DNA from: Nemertoderma westbladi
Taxonomy: Eukaryota; Animalia; Xenacoelomorpha
NCBI GenBank assembly: GCA_032718475.1
Contig: JAUCBJ010005099.1
Coordinates: forward strand, 13,937-77,936
Length of the DNA stretch: 64,000 nt
Direction: 5' to 3'
The position numbers and the translations under genes are program-made. The notes beneath the pieces are model-generated. The model was not told the origin of the DNA and ran no database searches. It worked only from the letters and a program-made list of their open reading frames with translations. Positions 10,882 through 21,616 of this stretch are shown in pieces. The first letter of the stretch is position 1; each line of letters starts with the position of its first letter.

Positions 10882-11316
10882 TGTTCCCGTTCATTGCTGC
10901 GGCCCGATCTCTAGCTGGCCATCCTGTCCCTTAGTTGGGTTCACCGTGGTGAATCATGGTAAAACAGATAGAAAAGGCAGATTAGCGATAATTCTGACTT
11001 TATTACAGAAGATATAATTATAATACAATGTAATCTGAAATAAACTAAGCACGACAGAATATTGATAAGATAAGATAATCTGAGAAGTATAACTAATGAA
11101 CAAATCGCACCTTTATATAGCAAATTTGTGCTGCAATCAATCGAGAAAATTCTCGATTGTTCTATAGGTTCTAACAGGTTTTTAAAGATAGCTATTGGTC
11201 CAGCTAATATATAACTTGCACGACATTGGTTACAATCAAATAACTACAGTCTCATTGGTACAGACAAATGCAATTAATTTGTAGCGGTCAATTTAAATGA
11301 GTTGAAATTCTGTACA
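10882..11316 (-). repeat. Putative 5' LTR of element 1
   Basis: The minus strand reads TGTACAG...CGGGAACA (elements 2 and 3 read TGTA...CGCGAACA). It contains three CCAAT boxes (about 11195, 11225, 11255), TATATAAA (11112-11119) and AATAAA (about 11000). No second copy is available to confirm the ends. Confidence 0.45.
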
Positions 11317-11643
11317 AAAAATAATTCGCACTTACTAGGATTCGAACTCAATACCTACTACACATATAATTTCCAACGCTCTACCGACTGAGCTACTGAA
11401 CCACTTGACCAATAGGCATACAAATGATAGAACAAACACAAATGAGGACTCAAAGTAATCTTTTACAAAGTTAATTCGAATAAAATAAAATTTTGAAAAT
11501 CCACGGCATTTAGGGAATATAATTCTATAATCGTACTGGCAGAAAGTTAAATATTTGTTCTAGAACAAAAAACCTCACGATAAAAGCCATTTTCATATGA
11601 AAAAATCTGTTTAAAAAGTGGGTACCCATTACATAGTAGTGCC
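11317..11643. mobile_element. Right-hand part of a MULE-like MITE, probably interrupted by element 1
   Basis: Ends in GGGTACCCATTACATAGTAGTGCC and contains TTGTTCTAGAACAA, both shared with the complete MITE at 11794-12539. Confidence 0.5.
11327..11402 (-). other. tRNA-derived (SINE-head-like) sequence with Pol III A and B boxes
   Basis: Minus strand has TAGCTCAGTCGGTAGAGC (A box) and GAGTTCGAATCC (B box). The anticodon arm and acceptor stem do not pair. Confidence 0.6.
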
Positions 11644-11793
11644 TAGATAATGTTCTGAAATTATCAAATATTGTGTTCTAGAACACAATATGTTTTTGAA
11701 AAAGGTTGTGAGAAAGTCAACGATGGTAATTTAGTTCGAAATTTGCTCGAGAATAGTGAAAAAGTTCTACTTTTTTCCCAAGTAAGAAATAAT

Positions 11794-12539
11794 GGCACTA
11801 CTACAGTATGTGTACCCATGACCGGGATATTTTTGTAGTTTGTGGCGGAAGTTTGGCTAAAGTTTGTGGCGCTACTACAGTATGTGTAGGCCTACCCATG
11901 ACCGGGATATTTTTGTAGTAGCTAGTTTTTGCTACTTTATTTTTTTAAATGTTCTATGTCATATTAGAGCTATAGTTTTGCAAAAAAAAAATGTTCTAGA
12001 ACAAATCTTTTTGTTCTAGAACATTTTTTTAAAAATTTATAATTCCTATTAATACACCTTAAAATGTTAATCTGTTGCCTTTAAATACTTTTAATGTTTA
12101 CAGTTGTAGGTTCACTTTAACTGCTTTCATTAAAAAAAATGCCACGTCATGAAAACAAAAAGTGCTCTAAAGATACAAATATTATTGAGATTTCCAAAGA
12201 ATAGTATAAAAGAAAAGTATATAATTTTGAAAAAAAATTTTATTTTAATAATAGCTAACTTGGAAAATCATTAGCTAGCCTGATAATTTGAATTTAAAAA
12301 AAAAATGTTAAATGTTTATAGATAAATAAACTATTTATTAGGCCTACACAGAATTACTAATTTTTAAGACATTTTTTTTTATATAAAAATATTCTAGAAC
12401 AAAAAATATTTGTTCTAGAACAAATTTTTTTTACCTAACAATAGCTAACATGAAATAGAATAGTTCTAAAAAAAAGTTGCAAAAACTAGCTTTAGTAAAA
12501 AAAAAATATGGTCATGGGTACACATACTGTAGTAGTGCC
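11794..12539. mobile_element. Mutator (MULE)-type MITE
   Basis: Long TIRs GGCACTACTACAGTATGTGTACCCATGACC / GGTCATGGGTACACATACTGTAGTAGTGCC, with a perfect 9-bp TSD AGAAATAAT (11785-11793 and 12540-12548). Confidence 0.9.
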
Positions 12540-13136
12540 AGAAATAATTATATTTTAACGAATGTGGTCAAGTAATGACTACTATTGGCCTCTTGCCTTG
12601 ATCCGGAATACCTGCTACCTCCATGAGGCAAAAATGAGGTGCCACTGGTGGGTGCGTAGACATAATACACAGTACCGGTAGTAATATAATTATCATGCTC
12701 TTTAAAGGTACACGTTTTCTGTGCAGCAGTGGAGCCTGTGCTGCTTTATGGCAGCCCATGCTGGGCTCTAACTGCTGACGACACCTGGTCTCTGGACGGC
12801 TCGCTCAGCCACAGGCTGGCAGGAGGAAACCTCCTTTATACTGCATCACAGTATCAGGTTTTTTGGATCAATGACCAGACGTCATGTGTGACCTGATACA
12901 TTCGTTAAACAATATTCCGAATATTGAGACAATCAAATTTAGGCCGACATCAAAAATATGTTGCTACTTCAACAAGGATATGATGAAAAAATATATATTA
13001 TTGCTAACTAATTAAATCTCATTGGAAAAATTACTTAATCGGCTACGACATCTTCTAGTGAAAATTATCAAAATGAACAATAACATAATAAAAGCCAGAA
13101 AAGGATCCCCCATCTTTCGTCAATCAAAGGACATTT

Positions 13137-13772
13137 TCAGACATTCAATGGAGTATTCGGCCAATATTTCGGCTGTTTTTTATCGAATAGCTGGTTGTAT
13201 TTCGACTGCATTCGAGTTTCCCGACAAGAAATATCCTTACAATTGGCCCCGTATAGCAGAGCGAGTTCATTATTGCGAGCGTCCCCGTGGTCAGCGGTGG
13301 GTGGGGATGTGGTCGGCTCGCGACAGTGGATGTACTCCGCGTCTATGTATCCCCGCGATAGACCCTCAGAGTCCACTCGCCTCTGTTTCATTCGCTCCCG
13401 CTCATCGCGGTGGGCTGCCGTTATCGCCAGGAATTCTTTCATCTCAGACGTTACCTCAAATACGAGTTGGTCACTCTCTGAGTCGCTTTGCTCTGAAAAA
13501 TTGAGTTTGGAAAGCCTAACGTTCCCCACACCACCAACACTGGAGTCAGATTCTGAGTCGGAAATATTAGAGACATTAAGACTAATCTGACCTACACTGT
13601 CGTTTGCTCGATATTCTCTACAGGTTCTTTGGAATTCGTTTTCCCGAGTATTGCCGAGTTGTCGCCGGCGGTACTCATACATCCAATGAAGTACTTGGGT
13701 GTAAACGTTCCAATATGCGTGGTATTTCGCATCTAAGTACCACAATTTCGTAGACTTACTAAGGTTACTCAT
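13137..13772 (-). CDS. GEMIN8: Gem-associated protein 8 (SMN complex subunit), 211 aa, uninterrupted CDS
   Basis: N-terminal WYLDAKYHAYWNVYTQVLHWM resembles Gemin8 WYxxxxYARYWQHYxQAMxWM. Central EVTSEMKEFLAITAAHRDER and C-terminal LYG...I...E...Q..Y....DKKQPKYWPNTPL match the Gemin8 C-terminus. Recognised from memory of the family. Confidence 0.9.
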   Translation of the reverse strand: MSNLSKSTKLWYLDAKYHAYWNVYTQVLHWMYEYRRRQLGNTRENEFQRTCREYRANDSVGQISLNVSNISDSESDSSVGGVGNVRLSKLNFSEQSDSESDQLVFEVTSEMKEFLAITAAHRDERERMKQRRVDSEGLSRGYIDAEYIHCREPTTSPPTADHGDARNNELALLYGANCKDISCRETRMQSKYNQLFDKKQPKYWPNTPLNV

Positions 13773-14599
13773 TATTTACCGGTACTGCATTTATGAGTCC
13801 TTCTGCCTTCTCAGCTTTCTATCAGAATTACCGGTACTGTATATCCCAAAAGAAACACAACATGCTGACATATGTGAAATGTAGCCTACTTAAGGTTGAC
13901 TGGTTGAGAGCCACTGTCTTACTGAAGGATTAGCTCGTTTGTTGGATATGTTATAAAATCCCCAATGCAAAATCCTGGCAAAAATTGTGTTTCATTGTTT
14001 CTTTCTGTCTTTATACCGGTAGTGACAAGTGCAAGTGGGAAATTTTTTATGGTTATTACTGTATTAGGCAGTTAGGTGGAGTATTAAGCCTACCAGGACC
14101 AGCTGCTATGCGCCAATCCAAGAGGCTAGGCTATGCCTATTTAAAATTTAAACGCAATGGCAATACATAATAACCGGGTGACCGGTACTCTGGTACTGCG
14201 ATAAAACAGAAACCTAAATAACAGTCAGCCAGTCCCGCACTACATGATACAGTACTGTCGCAGTTTAACTACCAACCAAGCCCCATACAGATGTCATCAT
14301 GATTATACGGTCACCTGCTGAGTGCTGACTACTGAATATCTGAATATAGTGCAGTACAGCAACAGCAGTAGTGCAGGCAGGAGACAGGTAGTGGTAAAGA
14401 CTGAAAGCTGGAAAGGTAGTGTTTCCAACTCAAACTATAATTTTTAAATTTCCCTCCTTTTAAAGCGATGGTTGGAATTGTAGGGCAAACCATGATTTTA
14501 TAATCCGGCAGATATTTCATTATGCCTTTCAAGGAAGTAGTACCGGTAATGTTTTAATTATTAACTGATTCGGGTAGGTAATACTGATGGCATCAGTAA

Positions 14600-15200
14600 T
14601 CCGACTGATGCCCAACTGGCATCACTTAGTTAACTATAAGTTGTGAGCACCAGAAATGACATTATATATATTTAAGCATAATACGATTTTCGATCCACCG
14701 CAGGGGTGTGTTCCAGAACGTTTTTACTCACAATTATTCCAATGGGAACAGCCCCGGTTTCAAGATATAAAGTGTGCTATATCGCAACGATTATGACGTT
14801 TGGAACAGTTCAATTAATTTTACAAATGAATCCAAACCTACCGCATTGCATCAACATCTACTATCTTAAATTCCTGGTTGTATCTTAATATATATAAAAA
14901 AAACATTTCACAATTATTGCAATGGGTGTATTAAATTCAATTTCCAGCCAACCAAGTACATTCATTAACTACAATTTACATAATAGTCTCAAAAGTGCGT
15001 AATAAGATGGGAATTCCGATAAACCTAGTTTAATTGTACTGGAAACATGTTGTACCATTTGTTCATTTTCAACAGTAAATTTATTTTCAAAATATATGGT
15101 GGCAATCGGATGAATTGTCTTAATCTAACCAGGGGACAATTTTTTAAATTGTAAATTACACAAAATACCCCATTATGCTAATTGGGCATCGCATCAGGGG
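14600..15200. mobile_element. Probable MITE
   Basis: Inverted terminal motifs GATGCCCAACTGGCAT (about 14608) and ATGCTAATTGGGCATC (about 15175). TSD not resolved. Confidence 0.35.
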
Positions 15201-15272
15201 CATTGATCATATTATCATTTTATATATTTTATATTTAATATTTTCATATTATCATAACAATAACAATAACAA

Positions 15273-17028
15273 CCCTATAAGCATCAACACGTCAAAAACA
15301 CGTGGATACGACGTAATTATTCGACGTCAACGTGTTGAAAATGACGTCTTGGCCACGTGTATTTTGGAAGTGTCAAACACGTGTTTGAGCACCTCAAACT
15401 ATGACGTGCTACAGTTTACGTCAAATGACTTGTTAGACACGTGTCAATTACGTCATCAGACGTCAAATACTACACTGGAACACCACACAAGCACGTCAAA
15501 TGACGTGCTATACACGTACTGTAACAATAACAGACGCCAAATTCACATAACTACACCACACAAGCACTTACGCGTCGCTTTTTACATCGCTTAGATCCAT
15601 GACATTAAGATTGAAATTGATTTTACTTTCTTGACGGTGTTTGTTGATACTATAATAAAGAAAAAACATTATTATATAATGTAACCAACGGACGATAAAT
15701 TTAATATCCGAATAAATTGTTAATTAACAACTAATAAACACAAATGAAAATAGTACTGATATTATATTTAGCACAAGTTTGATTTGGAAATGAATATTAA
15801 AATTACAAGATGGAGGGGAAAAAATTATTGGCAAAGATAATAGGGGCGTCTTACTATTTTAAACTATTTAATCTGAAAGTGGTTTCCGACTATTTTATAC
15901 GCTAGAAATCGATTCCGCCGATTCATGTTGTCCAAAAATTTATTCTAATGGGTCAATTTAGCCATTTTCTTGTCATTGGTGGTACTCAGAGTGCGCAATA
16001 GCACCACTCACACCCACCATAAGCATATTACCTTCCTACCCAGTCACACCCACCTCATTACCTTCCTACCCACTCAAACCGACTTCATCACCTTCCTACC
16101 CACTCACACCCACCTCATTACCTTCCTACCCACTCAAACCCACTTCATTACCTTCCTACCCACTCACACCCACTCCATTACCTTCCTACCCACTCACACC
16201 CACTTCATTACCTTCCTACCCACTCAAACCCACCTCATTACCTTCCTACCCACTCAAACCGACTTCATCACCTTCCTACCCACTCACACCCACCTCATTA
16301 CCTTCCTACCCACTCAAACCCACTTCATTACCTTCCTACCCACTCACACCCACTCCATTACCTTCCTACCCACTCACACCCACCTCATTACCTTCCTACC
16401 CACTCACACCCACCATATTAGCTTCCTATCCACTCACACCCACCATATCACCTTCATACCCACTCACACCCACCTCATTACCTTCCTACCCACAACACCC
16501 ACCACATTACCTTCCTATCCTACCCACACGCACCCACCTCATTACTTTCCTACCCACTCACACCCACCACCTATATAAATAACTAACTAAAATATACCCA
16601 CCACTAATATAAATATACTATACTCATACTGTAGTCAGTGAGTAGGTATAAGTGGTAAGTAGATGTGTCATTAAGACGTGCTCAAGACGTAATTTTAGAT
16701 AATTATTTCCAACATGAAAAGTATCACACAGATACGTGCCGTCTAGACGTGTTCATGACGTCATTTTAGGTAATTATATCCACCATGAAAAGTATCACAC
16801 AGATACGTGCCGTCTAGACGTGTTCATGACGTCATTTTAGGTAATTATATCCACCATATACAGTATAAGTCTCATACAGGAACGTGTCAACAAGACGTGT
16901 TCAAGACGTAATTTTACGTAATTACGTCAACCATCAAAACTTTGAGTTCTTGCAACAAACATAATTGACGTAAAATGACGTCCACATACCTGTTGAGGTG
17001 TAAAAATAGACGTCAAATGCTTATAGGG
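15273..17028. mobile_element. CACTA/EnSpm-like non-autonomous DNA transposon with CCC termini
   Basis: TIR CCCTATAAGCAT...ATGCTTATAGGG, AA on both flanks (2-bp TSD), and dense subterminal GACGT/ACGTC repeats in opposite orientation at the two ends. Confidence 0.75.
16000..16570. repeat. 30-bp minisatellite (CACCCACCTCATTACCTTCCTACCCACTCA)n inside the CACTA-like element
   Basis: About 18 directly visible tandem copies. Confidence 0.95.
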
Positions 17029-17479
17029 AATACAATTTCCTGCCAAATAATTTACTGTATATACTACTATATATACACGTATATACATATATATATATAC
17101 ATATATATACGTATATATATATATACATATATACGGATACATATATACAGATATACATATATATGTACTTCCATAAGGTTCAGTGAAAAAACAACATATA
17201 TGCTGGACTTTACAAACGTATATGGGCTACTATACAGTATAATACGTTATACCATTAAACTACAGGTAACCGTTATTACATCCTAGTGTTCTGAATTATT
17301 ATTTCCGCTACTCAAGTTCTTCAAAAGATCGTATTGATTATAGTAAAGATCTTGTCCAAACTAGTAGCATCTTTTATTACGGTTATAAAGATAAGATATT
17401 TGTAGAATTTGTGACCTGATGTGACCTGATCATCTGACCAGATGTGTTATTATTATTGATCTTTGCAAATATTGGAGGC

Positions 17480-18030
17480 ATGGTAGATCTTAGATAAAAC
17501 AAAACTTCGGTTATTTGAATACAAATTGTGAAAAGCATGTTCAATCATAAAGCGAGTTGGAAAACAGGATACTGGGATAGTGCTAAACAGACCATTATTG
17601 GATATTGTAACGGATTGAACCGGATGCTGAAAGGGGAAAAGCCACCACCAATTTGGACTAAAGGTCAACTAAAGCCTCTCCCTAAGAAAGGATACCTCGG
17701 TGTTCCAACAAACTATCGTGGGATCTGTCTGCTTGTGGTAGCTGCCAAAATATACAACAAAATGATTCTATATAGGATTAGGCCTCACATAGAGAAACTA
17801 CTACGTAAGAGCCAAAAAGGATTTCGACCAAATAGATCAACAATATATACTAGCTCTAAGGATATTGGTTGAAGGATTTAATCAAAGAGTGTTCCTGTAA
17901 TGACATTTGTGGACTTCAAGAAAGTATTCGACCCCATCCATAAAGGAAAATTGCTTGAAATCCTAAGAGCTTATGGAATACCAGAATGATCGTTGTTGGC
18001 ATTGCATTGTTACATTGTGGAACAGCGTGC
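17480..18030 (+). pseudogene. Non-LTR retrotransposon (RTE-like) reverse transcriptase fragment
   Basis: PLPKKG...NYRGICLL...KIYNKMIL.RI...Q.GFRPNRST, then after frameshifts FVDFKKVFDPIHKGKLLEILRAYGIP. Confidence 0.9.
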
Positions 18031-18357
18031 TGAAGCCCATTGAATTAGATTATAACACAATTACCTCGAATGATAATAATATAGATAGGTCATGGTTGAG
18101 GTGTGATAAGGCAATGTTAATAATTGTAACTATTTAGTGTTTGTGAGATTTCCCAGATAATAGGGGAATGTGAACTTTGAACTTTAAAAATAAAAAACTA
18201 TCTTCACGTATCGGCATCAGATTACCCACTAATTGACTTATCAATTAACTAAGGCACCCCATGCCGGCCATGCGAATGCGTCATATTTAGTCATTCAGGT
18301 GTATGAAGCCACGCAAGTGCATATTATGTATTCTGTGTGGGGCGGAACAAAAAAAAA

Positions 18358-19412
18358 TAAACGAGCTTAGCATACGAGTGGTACCACTAACTTAATCGGA
18401 ATATCTGTCGTTCTGTCGTATCCAATTTTAAACGTCAACCCTCGACGAAATCTAACCAAACTTGGTACACACGTTGTTTGGCAAAAGATTATAAATTTTC
18501 CAAGTAAGATAAAAGCAGTTAATTAGTTAATTAAGTTGATTACTGTAAAAAGCAGCATTTCTCTGCTTGCCCTTTAATTGAAATTAATTATTTTCTAGTA
18601 TTGATTTAAATAATTACTGTATACTTCATTCCAAACCCCATTCCATTATAGTTTTCAAATAGTTCAAATGATTAACTTTAAGAAATGTTTTTTAATTAAT
18701 CTTTACGTAATTAACTTATTAAAATTATCGTCTCTCCACACCCTATACTTCCACTCCACCAAATATTAAAATTGACATCGGAAATAAAATCAGCGACCTC
18801 GAAAACCCCCATAAATATAATTTTAGATCGGTGATGTGTTTCCTTCATGTCAGACACTATTAAACCAACCAGACCCTATACAGGTAGTTTTGCGCGGGAA
18901 GGTTTGAACTTTGAAGGCGATTACCTCAGAATGACATTTTTTGTTTTGCACGAAAAATAGTACTCCTCCGCCATTTCTTGACGTTTTTTTGCAATTTTTG
19001 CTTTATATGAAAGGTATTCTACAAGCTTCAATAAATTTAACGCAGTTTTCATAATTTATTAATATTTCCCCATTTTTTGAATGAAAACTTACAAAAAAAA
19101 CATTTAAAAATCGGAAAATAAAATTGGCAAATAACGGAGGAGTAGACTTTTTAGTTAAAATTATAAAAGCTCAAGCAGGCCGCTAGGGGGCGTCAAAATA
19201 CTTTTTTCAAATTTGTATGTACTTGTAATGACTATCTTTTCGATGGTATATCGTTTTCTATGCATCTTTCAACCACATTGGAGACATAATAAAATTAAAA
19301 ATAAAAAAAACCGTAGGGGGGTGCCCCCCACCCCCCCCCCCCCCCACCCCCTTAAATTTCTTAAAAAGCCTCGTGCTGCGCGAAGGCCCCACGAACGTGT
19401 ATGCACCAAGTT
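18358..19412 (+). mobile_element. Helentron-associated/DINE-1-like non-autonomous element
   Basis: 5' CTGTCGTT microsatellite seed and AAACTTGG core. The 3' GTGCTGCGCGAAGGCCCCAC motif is shared with about 35990. Short subterminal inverted repeat (GCATAC/GTATGC). Confidence 0.5.
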
Positions 19413-19849
19413 TATGGTTATAAATTCCTGTAAAGTATATGGTATCCCCAGCCAACGGCAATACTATTCAAATTACTGTAAGAAAAGTAAGAGGTCAATA
19501 AGGATAATAATTAGAAAACAGGTTGGAGCATGACAAAGCAAGTGTGGCTACATCGAAGTAGGAAATGTGAGGCAAATAATTTCCGATTCACGCCCTTTCC
19601 AGTAAGTGGAGCAATGCATCGTCGACAGTCAGAGGCAAGTAAGAGTCATCATCATCCGACAGCTTGGGTCCGACGATATTGGCTTCTTTTAGCTTATTTT
19701 AATTTTATCTAAACTTATGTTTTTTCGTAATTAATGAGTACTGTAGGCCTACTTTTAAATGGGAAAACTAAAAACCTTACAATTAGTACTGTAGTGTCGG
19801 AAAATACGGTACTGATTTAGGCCACATTTAATTTATTTTTTGAAAGGAT

Positions 19850-21200
19850 TGAGAAAAAAGTCAACTAAATTACGGATAGTTATAAAACCCGAAAATAACG
19901 GAATAACGGAATTACGAAATTATTAATGAAAATATTTTAGTTTTATTTTTGTTGTCGGAACACTTACGCCTTCAATACGACATCAATGTCTCCGACTTTG
20001 AACAGCTGATCAATAAAAACCCAGATTGGCCGAAGACATGCCGTTTTCTGTTTGAAATACTAAAAGTGTTTTAACTGTGTTAAAGCGAACCACTACTTTA
20101 TGTATAATAATATGACCCTTTAATAATGTGATTTATTTTGCTTTTTTTTTGGTAAAATTATTGTTGGTGATTGGTTGTTTTAAGTTTAAATTAGTTAAAT
20201 GAAATATTTGTGCTATTAATTTTGCTCGCGGCTTAACCGAGAGCATCTTACATAAATACTTAAATGGAGTATTTAATTGGCCTTTAATTTGGATTAAGTT
20301 AGTCTATTGACCCCCCTACCCCTACTATTTGGGTATTTTGAGTGAAAACGTGCTAAAATTACTAATTTTGTGACATAATACCTTAATCAATAAACATCTA
20401 TCTATCTATTGATCTGATAAAACTTTAAATAAAATCTCGCTTTCCAGTGATATCGGTATTATTAGAAGGCACACTTTTTTATAGAGTAAAATTCGATAAT
20501 TTCGCCCCATTTTCCACCCTAAAGGTAATTTAATACCAAATACTGTCTCTGCTGATTGTTTGTTAGGGGAAATCCAATGATGGAAAAACATCACAAGATG
20601 GCGCTTATATTAAGACAGTACAGTCAGTAAGTGTAGCGCAGTGTAGGCCTACTGCATTGCGACTGCTGGACTGTAGTCACGTTCACCTCTGTTCACACAC
20701 CCTCAGCGCCGCGCCACTTGCCTGACAGTCCCTTGCAGCACACCTATAGCGCTAAGGTAACGTACGCCGTAATACAAACTACATTATTTATATGGGACAT
20801 ACATTATTGTAGTGTTGTGTTGGTTAGGGTACCGGTGCCGGACTTCTTTCAACTTTGCCCCTTCAGGCTGTACCAGGCTTCAGGCTTATGATTACAAAGA
20901 TCTGCTGATGCTGAGTTGATTCATCCTAGCCGCCACTGGTACATAACACTTATAACAAACAACAAACCAGCAGGCAGTATTTGGTATTAAGTTACTTTTA
21001 AGGTCGAAAATGGGGCGAAATTATCGGATTTTATAAATTAAAAAATGTAAAGTCTTCTACTAATCTATCTTACTGGAAAGAGAGAATTTCTAGATTGTTT
21101 GAAAATTTCGATATTTTCGTTCGATAATATCGTACTTTTCGTTATTTTCGGGTTTATAACTATCCTTAAATTACGTTCTTTAGGAAATTAAGAAACAAAA
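19850..21200. mobile_element. Foldback/MITE-like element with long inverted arms
   Basis: 20425-20547 is the reverse complement of about 20975-21095. 19872-19900 (GGATAGTTATAAAACCCGAAAATAACG) pairs with 21140-21165. Confidence 0.7.
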
Positions 21201-21616
21201 TAAATTATTTATAAATTATTTGCTTTACATCGCTTTTGAACCCTTAACATATAAATTAGTTCCGCTCATCCGTAAAGTTTGCATCACTGGGTCAGCGGCA
21301 TATAAAGCATTATTTTATTTCCATTTAATAATCCAATCAGGTGTTTGAGTACCGATACGCTGTTTGGAATTGGAATATATACCATCAGTGCCACGCCTAG
21401 TTCATTGTCTGCTGGATCGACTACGGAGTTGCAACATTTATTTAATGGTAGCTAATAATTAATTACTTGATTGTATCACTTGTATCAGTCTCTCATTGAA
21501 CTGTTAACTGACAGTGAAACTAAATGTTCTATAAGAACCGGTAGATGGGCGATGGAATTATCAGATGATCGGTCTGTACTACGGTACAAACAATGGCGGC
21601 CCACGCGCCACCTTAT

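Larger units (their letters stand above)
1..11316 (-). mobile_element. BEL/Pao element 1; its 3' LTR lies outside the window
   Basis: Gag-Pol ORF plus about 2 kb of 5' leader and a putative 5' LTR. No second LTR copy was found in 1-694, so boundaries are inferred. Confidence 0.8.

Noticed and set aside
10905-10925. TGGCCAGCTAGAG as a tRNA PBS for element 1, with the LTR ending at 10925
   Set aside because: I could not match it to any tRNA 3' end from memory. It remains an alternative boundary to test against the host tRNA set.
11327-11402. Functional tRNA gene
   Set aside because: Only the D-arm and T-loop boxes are intact; the acceptor and anticodon stems do not form.
15970-16578. 202-aa ITFLPTHTH repeat ORF
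   Set aside because: 30-bp minisatellite inside a DNA transposon, with no ATG start.
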